Assembly (NCBI GenBank): GCA_018400675.1
Contig: JAGYMG010000001.1
Location: forward strand, 1 to 43,301
Origin: a bacterium
GTDB taxonomy: Bacteria; Patescibacteriota; Minisyncoccia; Minisyncoccales; CG1-02-41-26
Length of the DNA: 43,301 nt
Direction: 5' to 3'
The position numbers were made by a program, and so were the translations under genes. Below, one piece after another: positions 34,844 through 43,050 of this stretch. The notes below the pieces were generated by a model, which saw nothing but the letters and a program-made list of their open reading frames with translations, was not told the DNA's origin and did no database searches. The number at the start of each line of letters is the position of its first letter. Position 1 is the first letter of the stretch.

Positions 34844-35302
34844 TTATCGAGGTAATAATTCAATTTTTTGGCCTTCTTTTATCTTGACTATTGCTTTCTT
34901 GTAGCCTCTCTTAACACCCTTTGTTCTGCCTAATCTTCTTTCCCGATCAGGCACATTTACTATATTAACCCCCAAGACATCAACATTATATATATCTGCA
35001 ACTGCTTTCCTAATTTCTATTTTATTGGCTCGAGCTGGTACTTTAAAAAGATACTGGTTCAGCTTACTCAAGCTGGTTGCTTTTTCAGTAATATGAGCAG
35101 ACTTTAAGAAACGGTAGGGATTATTCACCCTCTTCCTCTGACGGATAGTTTTTTTCTCTTTTACACTTTCTTTCTTTTTCTCTTTTTCTTTTTCAGGCTT
35201 AAATGCCGGCTGTTTAACCGGTTGAGTTAATATCTCTTCTTTCTTTTTCTCTGCTGGTTTTTCTTCCTTTCTTTTCTTTTTAAAAATATCAAAGATTGGC
35301 AT
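34844..35302 (-). CDS. rplW: 50S ribosomal protein L23 with a ~60-aa K/E-rich N-terminal extension
   Basis: The C-terminal 90 aa are L23-like (ITEKATSL...FKVPARANKIEIRKAV...VNIVNV). Confidence 0.9.
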   Translation of the reverse strand: MPIFDIFKKKRKEEKPAEKKKEEILTQPVKQPAFKPEKEKEKKKESVKEKKTIRQRKRVNNPYRFLKSAHITEKATSLSKLNQYLFKVPARANKIEIRKAVADIYNVDVLGVNIVNVPDRERRLGRTKGVKRGYKKAIVKIKEGQKIELLPR

Positions 35303-35304
35303 GA

Positions 35305-35940
35305 TTAGTCTTTAGTTAGAAAACTATCTTTAATCACCTTGAGAGCAGCTTTAGGCATTATTAGGTATTGGACATTAACTAGATCCAGACTATTTAAATT
35401 TCTGGCTTCAATCACTGCTAGCAAAGGTATGTTTCTAGCTGACAAAATAATATTATCATCTTTCTTGTCTAAAGCAACCAGACAGCTTTTTTCTCCGACC
35501 GGTAGTTTATTAATAATAGTGGCCAATTGTTTTGTTTTTATTTTCTCAAGAGACAACTCATCCAATAATATAATTGCTTTATCTTGTGCTTTAGCTGACA
35601 GAATCATGAAGAGCGCTTTCTTACGCATCTTCTTTGGGATAGCTTTTTTATAATTCCTTTCTTTTGTCGGGCCAAAAGTCACTCCTCCTCCTATCCAAAT
35701 AGGAGAACGGTTTGAGCCAGCTCGAGCTCGTCCAGTCCCCTTCTGTCTCCAGGGTTTCCTACCTCCTCCTCGCACGGCTGACCTGTCTTTTGTTTGGGCC
35801 GTTCCCTGACGTCTATTATTCCTTTGAGCTAAAATAACCTGATGGATGAGATCAGGATTCACCTTTAAACCAAAAATCTCCTTGTCTAAGCTAACCTCTT
35901 CCGTCTTTTCTCCTTTTATATTGTAAACAGGATATTTCAT
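35305..35940 (-). CDS. rplD: 50S ribosomal protein L4
   Basis: RQGTAQTKDRSAVRGGGRKPWRQKGTGRARAGS. Confidence 0.95.
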   Translation of the reverse strand: MKYPVYNIKGEKTEEVSLDKEIFGLKVNPDLIHQVILAQRNNRRQGTAQTKDRSAVRGGGRKPWRQKGTGRARAGSNRSPIWIGGGVTFGPTKERNYKKAIPKKMRKKALFMILSAKAQDKAIILLDELSLEKIKTKQLATIINKLPVGEKSCLVALDKKDDNIILSARNIPLLAVIEARNLNSLDLVNVQYLIMPKAALKVIKDSFLTKD

Positions 35941-36617
35941 ATTGAGGATATCTCAAGGAGAGTTCCCTTTGGCCCAGGGACTGCTCCTTTAACAACTAAA
36001 ATATTGTTCTCAGGATTAACGTCAATAATCTCTAAATTCTTAATAGTATTTTTAGTATGACCCATCCGACCGGGCATTTTTTTGCCTTTGAAAACTCTGG
36101 CTGCATCAGTACTGCCAACAGAGCCTAAGGTGCGATGCTCATGTTTTACACCATGCGTAGCATTCCTACCGGAAAACCCCCACTTCTTAACTGCTCCCTG
36201 AAAGCCCTTCCCTTTAGAAAAACCACTAATCTTTATTGTATCTCCTTTGCTAAAAAGAGAGACATTAATCTCGCTGCCTTTCTTAATTTTTTCAGGTTCA
36301 GCTTCCTTGGTTTCTTTCTCAGGCTTTTCTTTACTATCTCCTCCCTCGTCTTTTTTTTCTTCTGACTGGGGTGCTTCTTTATTCTCAATGATGCCTCGGC
36401 ACTCTCTCAGATAACGATAGCCTTTTTTATTCTCTGTCTTCTTTAATTGCTTCTTTTTTAAAAAGCCGATTTGAGTTGCCTCATAACCGTCCTTTCCTTC
36501 TGTTTTTATCTGAGTAACCAAACAAGGGCCTGCCTCAATCAGGGTAACTGGTAAAACATTCCCTTTCTCGTCAAAAATCTGAGTCATATTCATTTTTCGG
36601 CCTAATATAAACTTCAT
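35937..36617 (-). CDS. rplC: 50S ribosomal protein L3 (with an internal K/E-rich insertion)
   Basis: GRKMNMTQIFDEKGNVLPVTLIE, FKGKKMPGRMG. An insertion of about 40 aa reads ENKEAPQSEEKKDEGGDSKEKPEKETKEAEPEK. Confidence 0.95.
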   Translation of the reverse strand: MKFILGRKMNMTQIFDEKGNVLPVTLIEAGPCLVTQIKTEGKDGYEATQIGFLKKKQLKKTENKKGYRYLRECRGIIENKEAPQSEEKKDEGGDSKEKPEKETKEAEPEKIKKGSEINVSLFSKGDTIKISGFSKGKGFQGAVKKWGFSGRNATHGVKHEHRTLGSVGSTDAARVFKGKKMPGRMGHTKNTIKNLEIIDVNPENNILVVKGAVPGPKGTLLEISSI

Positions 36618-36640
36618 ATAATCAATCTCTAAGACTAATT

Positions 36641-36661
36641 AAAAACTGGGCAATTGCCCAG
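36641..36661 (-). terminator. Intrinsic-terminator-like hairpin between rpsJ and rplC (CUGGGC-AAUU-GCCCAG + U5)
   Basis: The perfect 16-nt palindrome CTGGGCAATTGCCCAG (36646-36661) is followed on the minus strand by TTTTT. Confidence 0.5.
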
Positions 36662-36694
36662 CCTGAGAAGGCAAATTGATATTCGGGTATATCT

Positions 36695-37027
36695 TCAAAC
36701 AGTCTTGATCTCAATCTCTACTCCGGATGGCAGGGTTAAATCCCTAAGGGCGTCAATAAACTTTTGGTTAGGATTAAGGATTTCTATCAGTCTCTTATGA
36801 ATTCTCATTTCAAACTGTTCCCGAGAATCCTTATGAACAAATGTGGAGCGATTAACAGTATACTTGTGAATATCAGTCGGCAGCGGCACAGGCCCCACTA
36901 TTGTCACACCAGCCCTGAAAGCAATCTCTGTGATGTGACGAATGCTATTATCAATAAGTTTATTGTCGTAAGACTTAAGTTTAACCCTGAGTTTGGATTT
37001 TATTTCCTCTCTCTGTTTCGTGGGCAT
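36695..37027 (-). CDS. rpsJ: 30S ribosomal protein S10
   Basis: KLRVKLKSYDNKLIDNS, FEMRIHKRLIEI. Confidence 0.95.
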   Translation of the reverse strand: MPTKQREEIKSKLRVKLKSYDNKLIDNSIRHITEIAFRAGVTIVGPVPLPTDIHKYTVNRSTFVHKDSREQFEMRIHKRLIEILNPNQKFIDALRDLTLPSGVEIEIKTV

Positions 37028-37056
37028 CTTTTTTAAGTTTTATTTCCTGAAAAATA

Positions 37057-38253
37057 CTATTTAATTATCTTTGAAACAACTCCTGCACCAACAGTCTTTC
37101 CACCTTCTCTTATGGCAAACTTTTGTTTTTCTTCAAGAGCAACCGGAGCCATCAGTTTAACTGTCAAGTTTGTTGTGTCGCCCGGCATAACCATTTCTGT
37201 CCCTTCAGGCAATGTTGATTCGCCAGTCACGTCAGCAGTTCTAATATAGAATTGAGGTTTATAACCGGAGAAGAATGGCGTATGGCGACCTCCCTCTTCT
37301 TTGCTCAAGACATATACCTCAGTTTCAAATTCAGTATGAGGAGTCACTGTCCCTGGTTTGGCAATGGCTTGACCTCTTTCCACATCCTCTTTCTTCAAAC
37401 CTCTTAAGAGAATACCAACATTATCACCAGCTCGTCCTTCATCCAGTTCCTTATTAAACATTTCAACACTGACAGCTGTTGTCTTTTGGGTGTTCTTGAT
37501 GCCCAGTATCTCTATCTCGTCACCCGGATGCACTACCCCTCTTTCTATTCTACCGGTGCAAACAGTGCCTCGTCCTTCGATGGAAAAAACATCTTCAATG
37601 GCCATTAAGAAAGGCTGATCATCTAATCTTTCTGGTTCTGGAATATATTCGTCAACCTTCTCTAATAATTCAACTATGGGTTTCATGGCCTCATCGTCTA
37701 AAGAGCCTGCCTCTAAAGCCTTCAGGGCAGAGCCTTTAATGATTGGTATTTCGTCACCAGGGAAATCGTATTTCTTTAATAATTCCCTTACCTCTGACTC
37801 TACTAAATCAATCATTTCTTTATCTTTCACCTGATCTGTTTTGTTCATAAAGACGATCAAAGAAGGTAACCCCACCTGTCCGGCTAACAAGAGATGCTCT
37901 TTGGTTTGAGGCATAGGGCCGTCAGTGGCTGAAACAACTAGGATACCACCGTCCATTTGAGCAGCTCCAGTAATCATATTCTTAATGTAATCGGCGTGAC
38001 CAGGGCAATCAATCAAAGCATAGTGACGCTTCTCTGTCTCAAACTCAGTATGACAAATATTAATTGTCAAACCTCTTGTTTTTTCCTCTGGGGCAGAGTC
38101 AATGTCATCAATTGACTTCTCAGATGCCTTTAGGTTTTTTAATTTAGTGGCTTTTAAAATAGCCGCCGTCAAAGTGGTTTTACCATGATCCACATGACCA
38201 ATAGTACCAATATTAAGATGTGTTTTTGTCCTTTCAAATTTTTCTTTAGCCAT
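37057..38253 (-). CDS. tuf: Elongation factor Tu
   Basis: [25 protein letters not shown], and a 398-aa length. Confidence 0.97.
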   Translation of the reverse strand: MAKEKFERTKTHLNIGTIGHVDHGKTTLTAAILKATKLKNLKASEKSIDDIDSAPEEKTRGLTINICHTEFETEKRHYALIDCPGHADYIKNMITGAAQMDGGILVVSATDGPMPQTKEHLLLAGQVGLPSLIVFMNKTDQVKDKEMIDLVESEVRELLKKYDFPGDEIPIIKGSALKALEAGSLDDEAMKPIVELLEKVDEYIPEPERLDDQPFLMAIEDVFSIEGRGTVCTGRIERGVVHPGDEIEILGIKNTQKTTAVSVEMFNKELDEGRAGDNVGILLRGLKKEDVERGQAIAKPGTVTPHTEFETEVYVLSKEEGGRHTPFFSGYKPQFYIRTADVTGESTLPEGTEMVMPGDTTNLTVKLMAPVALEEKQKFAIREGGKTVGAGVVSKIIK

Positions 38254-38330
38254 ATTTTTTATTTTGATTTTTTTGTTTTATTAAAATTATTTATTTTTAG
38301 AATTACTCGGTCAGTGACAGTTATATAAAC

Positions 38331-38358
38331 ATTATATTAATTTAATCAAGAAAGTCAA
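38331..38358 (-). promoter_or_regulatory. Candidate promoter for tuf (TTGACT-16-TATAAT)
   Basis: On the minus strand: TTGACT at 38353-38358, a 16-nt spacer, and TATAAT at 38331-38336. It lies about 78 nt upstream of the tuf ATG. Confidence 0.5.
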
Positions 38359-38401
38359 GCTAAAGAACCTGTTGATTAAATTAATCCTTAGTCCCAAGCC
38401 C

Positions 38402-38638
38402 CTAAAAGGGCAGATCCTCTACCGTTAATTCCCCCTTTATTCTACTATTTCCTTGAGAATTATCAACCTTTTTTTCTTCAATCTGATGGGCTTGGCTTGG
38501 TAAGGGATTTTTCTTGCCCTCTAGTATTTTCCCATAACTCTGGAAAGACATCAGGACAGCTAATGGTTCCCCGTTTTCCACGATAATAACTTTTTCGTCA
38601 CCATCCAATAATAATTTTTTGATATTATCTAATTCCAT
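38402..38638 (-). CDS. Small Phd/YefM-antitoxin-like protein (no toxin partner) between fusA and tuf
   Basis: 78 aa. The N-terminal KVIIVENGEPLAVLMSFQSYGKILE matches the Phd/YefM pattern (gkPvAVl.s.eeYe.l.e). The C-terminus is disordered and charged. Confidence 0.45.
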   Translation of the reverse strand: MELDNIKKLLLDGDEKVIIVENGEPLAVLMSFQSYGKILEGKKNPLPSQAHQIEEKKVDNSQGNSRIKGELTVEDLPF

Positions 38639-38643
38639 AATTA

Positions 38644-40719
38644 TTAACTCCTCTTACCGTCAATGATCTCCTGGGCTATGTTTTCCGGCACCTTATCATA
38701 GTGGTCAAACTCCATAGTGAAGGTACCCCTTCCCTGGGTCAAAGACCTTAAGCTAGTAGCATAGCCGAACATTTCCGCTAAAGGAATTTTTGTATCAATA
38801 ACTTTAAGATTAACTCGATCATTTGTTTTTTCAATAATTCCTCTCCTCCTGTTAAGGTCCCCTATGACATCACCAAAAAATTCTGAAGGGATAACTACTT
38901 CTGATTTCATTATGGGCTCCAGAATAATAGCTGTCGCTTTCTTAGCTGCTTCTTGGAAACATTGGGAGGCAGCAATCTTAAAGGCTATCTCTGAGGAGTC
39001 CACATCGTGGAAGGAGCCGTCATAAAGAGTGACAGTCAAGTCAATCATAGGATAGCCAGCAACAACACCTTTATCCATTGCCTCCTTAACTCCTTTTTCT
39101 ACGGCTGGAATAAATTCCTGAGGTATAACGCCCCCTTTGATAGCATTGACAAATTCAAACCCTTCACCTCTTTCCTTAGGCTCCAGCCTAAGAAGAACAT
39201 GGCCATATTGTCCCCGACCTCCGGATTGACGAATATATTTTCCTTCCGCGGCCGCTTCCTGACAAATCGTTTCTTTATAGGCTACCTGGGGACGGCCTAC
39301 ATTAGCTTCAACGTTAAATTCTCTCTTCATCCTATCCACTAAAACATCCAAGTGGAGCTCGCCCATTCCAGAAATAATTGTCTCTCCAGTTTCCAAATCC
39401 TCCTTCTGGCGGAAGGTAGGGTCTTCGTCAGCCAAGCGATTAAGAGCAGTAAATAATTTTTCCTGATCGTCCTTGGTCTTAGGCTCAATCCTGATAGAAA
39501 TAACCGGTTCTGGGAAGGTTATTTCCTCAAGGACAATAGGCTTGCTTTCGTCGCAGAGGGTGTGACCGGTAGAACTGTTCTTTAAACCAACAACTGCTGC
39601 AATATCACCGGCAAAGACCTCTTCAATCTCCTTCCTGGTATTGGAATGCATCCTTAGCATTCTACCCACCCGCTCTCTCTCACCAGAAACAGGATTCCAC
39701 ACATAGGAACTTTTATTTAGCGTGCCAGAATAAACACGGAAATAACTAAGCGTACCAACATAAGGATCAGCAGCTACTTTAAAAACCAAAGCTGCAAAGG
39801 GCTCATTATCGTCCGCTTTTCTTTCCATAGCTGCACCCGTCTTAGGATCGACCCCTTTCACTGGAGGTACCTCGGTAGGATTAGGCAGATATTGGATAAC
39901 AGCGTTTAAGAGTGGTTGGACACCTTTGTTCTTTAAGGCAGAGCCACAAAAGACAGGAACTAGATTATATTTTAGAGTAGCTGACCTTAAAACCTTAACC
40001 CATTCTTCTTCTTTAATTTCTTCCTCGGCTAGGAATTTTTCCAAGAGGGATTCATCTTCAGCCGCAATTTTTTCTAAGGTTCTTTTTCTGACCGCTGCAG
40101 CCTGTTCTTTAAGGTTTTCTGGTATCTCTGCCTCCCTCACCTGCTCACCAAAATCTCCTTCAAAATAGAGAGCTTTCATCTTAATAATATCAACCACTCC
40201 CTCGAGATTACTCTCTTTGCCAATAGGTATCTGTACAGCTACAGCATTGGGCGACAGTTTATCTAATATTGATTGAAAGCTTTGATCAAAGTCTGCCCCC
40301 ATTCTATCCATTTTATTAATAAAACAAATACGAGGGATGTTAAACTTGTCAGCTTGGCGCCAGACGGTTTCCGACTGAGGCTCCACGCCGGCAACACCAT
40401 CGAAAACAACTACTGCCCCGTCTAAGACTCTCAGAGACCGCTGGACCTCTACCGTAAAATCAATATGTCCTGGCGTATCAATGATATTTATCCAATTATC
40501 GCCCCACTTACAAGTAGTAGCAGCTGAGGTGATGGTAATTCCTCTCTCTCTTTCCTGGACCATCCAATCCATAATTGCTTCACCATTATGTACCTCGCCT
40601 ATTTTATGGCTAAGACCGGTATAAAATAAAATACGCTCGGAAACTGTTGTTTTTCCGGCATCTATATGGGCAATAATACCTATATTCCTTGTTTTTTCAA
40701 TTGGGCACAATCTCGGCAT
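38644..40719 (-). CDS. fusA: Elongation factor G
   Basis: [21 protein letters not shown], and a 691-aa length. Confidence 0.97.
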   Translation of the reverse strand: MPRLCPIEKTRNIGIIAHIDAGKTTVSERILFYTGLSHKIGEVHNGEAIMDWMVQERERGITITSAATTCKWGDNWINIIDTPGHIDFTVEVQRSLRVLDGAVVVFDGVAGVEPQSETVWRQADKFNIPRICFINKMDRMGADFDQSFQSILDKLSPNAVAVQIPIGKESNLEGVVDIIKMKALYFEGDFGEQVREAEIPENLKEQAAAVRKRTLEKIAAEDESLLEKFLAEEEIKEEEWVKVLRSATLKYNLVPVFCGSALKNKGVQPLLNAVIQYLPNPTEVPPVKGVDPKTGAAMERKADDNEPFAALVFKVAADPYVGTLSYFRVYSGTLNKSSYVWNPVSGERERVGRMLRMHSNTRKEIEEVFAGDIAAVVGLKNSSTGHTLCDESKPIVLEEITFPEPVISIRIEPKTKDDQEKLFTALNRLADEDPTFRQKEDLETGETIISGMGELHLDVLVDRMKREFNVEANVGRPQVAYKETICQEAAAEGKYIRQSGGRGQYGHVLLRLEPKERGEGFEFVNAIKGGVIPQEFIPAVEKGVKEAMDKGVVAGYPMIDLTVTLYDGSFHDVDSSEIAFKIAASQCFQEAAKKATAIILEPIMKSEVVIPSEFFGDVIGDLNRRRGIIEKTNDRVNLKVIDTKIPLAEMFGYATSLRSLTQGRGTFTMEFDHYDKVPENIAQEIIDGKRS

Positions 40720-40745
40720 AATTTTTATAATTGTCTAATGAATGA

Positions 40746-41210
40746 TTAATGGGCAAAATGAGCAAAAGCACGATTTGCTTCAGCCATTCTGTGCATATTA
40801 CTTTTTTTCTTAACAGCTTCTCCTTCGTTATTATAAGCATTGACAATCTCTTCAGCTAATCTTTTCTCCATTGTCTTCCCTGACTTTGAGTTGGCTATAT
40901 TAATAATCCAGCGCATAGCCAAGCTTTCTCTCCTCTCCCCCTTTACTTCCTTGGGCACCTGATAAGTAGCTCCGCCTACCCGTTGGGGCTTCACCTCTAC
41001 TAAAGGAGAAACGTTTTCTATGGCTCGCTCTAACACTTCCAAGGGTTCTTTCTTAGATTTTTCCTTTATAATTTCCATTGTCTGATAGAGAATCTTCCGG
41101 GCCACTGATTTTTTCCCGCCTTTCATTATTTTATTAATAAACCTCGAGACGAGAACACTTTCATAATTAAAATCAGGGATAACTTCTCTTTTTTTAAATT
41201 TTTTAGCCAT
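40746..41210 (-). CDS. rpsG: 30S ribosomal protein S7
   Basis: KIMKGGKKSVARKILY, and a MAEANRAFAHF C-terminus. Confidence 0.95.
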   Translation of the reverse strand: MAKKFKKREVIPDFNYESVLVSRFINKIMKGGKKSVARKILYQTMEIIKEKSKKEPLEVLERAIENVSPLVEVKPQRVGGATYQVPKEVKGERRESLAMRWIINIANSKSGKTMEKRLAEEIVNAYNNEGEAVKKKSNMHRMAEANRAFAHFAH

Positions 41211-41216
41211 AGATTA

Positions 41217-41630
41217 TTATTTTTTTTCTTTCTTGGTCCCGTACTTTGAACGTTGTTGTTTCCTGCCCTCTACGCCCCCAGCGTCAAGATTACCTCTAAC
41301 AACATGATATCTTACACCAGCTAGATCCTTTACCCTGCCCCCTCTGATCAGCACCATTGAATGCTCCTGCAAGACATGACCTTCACCGGGAACATAGGCA
41401 GTAACCTCCATGCCATTACTTAACTTCACCCTAGCCACTTTTCTTAATGCAGAGTTAGGTTTCTTGGGAGTAACAGTATAAACCTTCAAACAGATACCTC
41501 TTTTGAAAGGAGAATAATACTTACTGGGACGATTCTTCTTAGCGTTAAAACCAAAACTCAAGGCTCTCATCTTGACCTTTTTCTTAGGCTGCTGTCTGGG
41601 CTTCTTTACAAGTTGTCTAATTGTAGGCAT
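41217..41630 (-). CDS. rpsL: 30S ribosomal protein S12
   Basis: [42 protein letters not shown]. Confidence 0.95.
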   Translation of the reverse strand: MPTIRQLVKKPRQQPKKKVKMRALSFGFNAKKNRPSKYYSPFKRGICLKVYTVTPKKPNSALRKVARVKLSNGMEVTAYVPGEGHVLQEHSMVLIRGGRVKDLAGVRYHVVRGNLDAGGVEGRKQQRSKYGTKKEKK

Positions 41631-41680
41631 GTCTTTATATTATAAACAAAAAATTAAAACGCATTCAGCGTCTGCCATAT

Positions 41681-41709
41681 AAATTAGCAGACAAAAATTA
41701 ATATGTCAA
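41681..41709 (-). promoter_or_regulatory. Weak candidate promoter upstream of rpsL (TTGACA-17-TAATTT)
   Basis: The -35 is consensus (41704-41709) and the -10 is poor (41681-41686). The GTCTGC-N11-GCAGAC hairpin overlaps it. Confidence 0.3.
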
Positions 41710-41721
41710 TATTATTTATTC

Positions 41722-42351
41722 TCAAAAACCAACACCGGTTATTAAAGAATAAATTATGCTAACTAAAGGGATAATCAAAGGGATAAGAAAAAAGATAAAA
41801 AACAATAAAATGAATAACTGATACTGAATTAAAAATCTTTTAAGGTTATCCAGCGTCCTGGGCAAAAAAGCAAAAAGGATATGGGAACCATCCAAGGGCG
41901 GAATAGGCATAAGGTTAAAAACAGCTAACAGCACATTAATCCAAACAATATAGCTGAAAAATATTGACAGATTGCTGGCTAAAACAGGGTTAGGCAATAA
42001 AGGCAGTAAACGCATAAGGATGCCGAAAAAACCGGCTACTAAAAAATTACTCACTGGCCCGGCGGCAGCCACTTTGGCATTGCCATAAGCCTTATCTTTG
42101 AGATTCAAAGGATTAACCGGCACCGGCTTTGCCCAGCCAATGACAAAACCCGTATTGGCCAGAATCAACATCACCGGAACTAAAAAAGAACCAATCGGAT
42201 CTAGGTGCTTGATAGGATTAAGAGTTAAACGGCCAGCCATCCGAGCAGTGGAGTCTCCTAAATAGTCTGCCATCAGACCATGAGATACCTCATGGATGAC
42301 AATAGAGAAAAGAAGTACCAGTATTGAAAAAATAATAATTATTAATTCCAT
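41722..42351 (-). CDS. Site-2 protease family (M50) membrane metalloprotease
   Basis: HEVSHG (HExxH) lies in TM1 and NLMPIPPLDGSHIL is the second metal motif. 209 aa and polytopic. Confidence 0.8.
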   Translation of the reverse strand: MELIIIIFSILVLLFSIVIHEVSHGLMADYLGDSTARMAGRLTLNPIKHLDPIGSFLVPVMLILANTGFVIGWAKPVPVNPLNLKDKAYGNAKVAAAGPVSNFLVAGFFGILMRLLPLLPNPVLASNLSIFFSYIVWINVLLAVFNLMPIPPLDGSHILFAFLPRTLDNLKRFLIQYQLFILLFFIFFLIPLIIPLVSIIYSLITGVGF

Positions 42352-42408
42352 TGCAATTTTTCAGAAAATATATTAGTATAACTCTGTAATTAAAATAACT
42401 TTAAGAGC

Positions 42409-42744
42409 ATGTCTAAAGTGTGCCAAATCTGCGGTAAAAAATCAATAGTGGCCAGAAAGAGAAACAAGCTGAGAGGAAAATATAATCCTACTCCTAAAAA
42501 AAGAAAATATCCCAATCTCCAATGGGTCCGTTTGCCATGGGGCAAAAGAGTCTTAGCTTGCACCCGCTGTATAAAGACTCTCTCCAAAACAAAGAGAAAA
42601 GAATCAGCTATCTCTCAACAAGAAGAAATTATTACCCAGGAAGAAGAGCCCAAAAAAGAAAAAGAGGAAGTGGCTGTAGCTAAAAAAACCACTAAAAAAA
42701 AGGCTCCTTCAAAGAAAGAGACAAAGAAGAAAAAGAATAAATAA
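42409..42744 (+). CDS. rpmB: 50S ribosomal protein L28 (Cys4 form) with a Lys/Glu-rich C-terminal extension
   Basis: MSKVCQICGKK...NLQ...CTRC matches the L28 N-terminal pattern. The tail from about residue 60 is low-complexity K/E. Confidence 0.65.
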   Translation: MSKVCQICGKKSIVARKRNKLRGKYNPTPKKRKYPNLQWVRLPWGKRVLACTRCIKTLSKTKRKESAISQQEEIITQEEEPKKEKEEVAVAKKTTKKKAPSKKETKKKKNK

Positions 42745-42753
42745 TTTCTTCTC

Positions 42754-42825
42754 CGGGATGTTGTATAGTGGTTATTATACAGGGCTGGGGGTCCTGTGAC
42801 CTGGGTTCGATTCCCAGCATCCCGA
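42754..42825 (+). tRNA. tRNA-Pro (anticodon GGG), no encoded CCA
   Basis: Hand fold. The 7-bp acceptor pairs CGGGATG with CATCCCG and has C1:G72 plus A73. The D-loop contains GG. The anticodon stem pairs CAGGG with TCCTG and the loop is CT-GGG-GG. The T-arm is CTGGG-TTCGATT-CCCAG. Confidence 0.8.
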
Positions 42826-42833
42826 AAGAAAAA

Positions 42834-42857
42834 CTGCCTTTCCCAAGGCAGCTTTTT
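42834..42857 (+). terminator. Intrinsic terminator after tRNA-Pro (CTGCCTT-TCCC-AAGGCAG + T5)
   Basis: A perfect 7-bp stem, a 4-nt loop, and a T-run at 42853-42857. Confidence 0.7.
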
Positions 42858-42861
42858 ATTA

Positions 42862-43005
42862 GAAACAAAAGCCCCATTCTTGCTCTCAATATATCCTAGA
42901 ATAAATGCAATGGCGGGACTCGCACGCCAGACCCGATGAGCCTGACAAATATTGAATCCCTGCTAAGATATTTTGTCTAGAAATTTAATTGAGAAGAACG
43001 GGGCT
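42862..43005 (-). ncRNA. Candidate ~140-nt rod-shaped small RNA of unknown family
   Basis: A promoter places +1 at the first base of an 18-bp interrupted helix that pairs the 5' end (AGCCCCGUUCUUCUCAAU) with the 3' end (AUUGAGAGCAAGAAUGGGGCU). The helix is followed by UUUUGUUUCU. Two base pairs are G-U on the minus strand but A/C mismatches on the plus strand. Confidence 0.45.
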
Positions 43006-43012
43006 ATTATTA

Positions 43013-43042
43013 ATTGTAGATAAGACGAACAGACATTGTCAA
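43013..43042 (-). promoter_or_regulatory. Candidate promoter of the small RNA (TTGACA-18-TACAAT)
   Basis: On the minus strand: TTGACA at 43037-43042, an 18-nt spacer, and TACAAT at 43013-43018. Seven nt further on is the A at 43005. The -35 begins 8 nt after the ndk stop. Confidence 0.5.
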
Positions 43043-43050
43043 GCTAAGAA

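Noticed and set aside
42390-42889. Minus-strand ORFs 42390-42587 and 42692-42889.
   Set aside because: The first is antisense to the L28 gene. The second runs across the tRNA-Pro gene and its terminator. Neither has motifs or a plausible start context.
42862-43005. The rod-shaped RNA candidate being the SRP (4.5S) RNA or a tRNA-like element.
   Set aside because: GUCAGG is present, but the conserved SRP domain IV features are not: a GNRA tetraloop flanked by GGUCC/GGA and AGCAGC. The GGCG-UGCGAGUCC-CGCC segment does not form a canonical T-arm (no UUCGAAU-type loop and no acceptor pairing).
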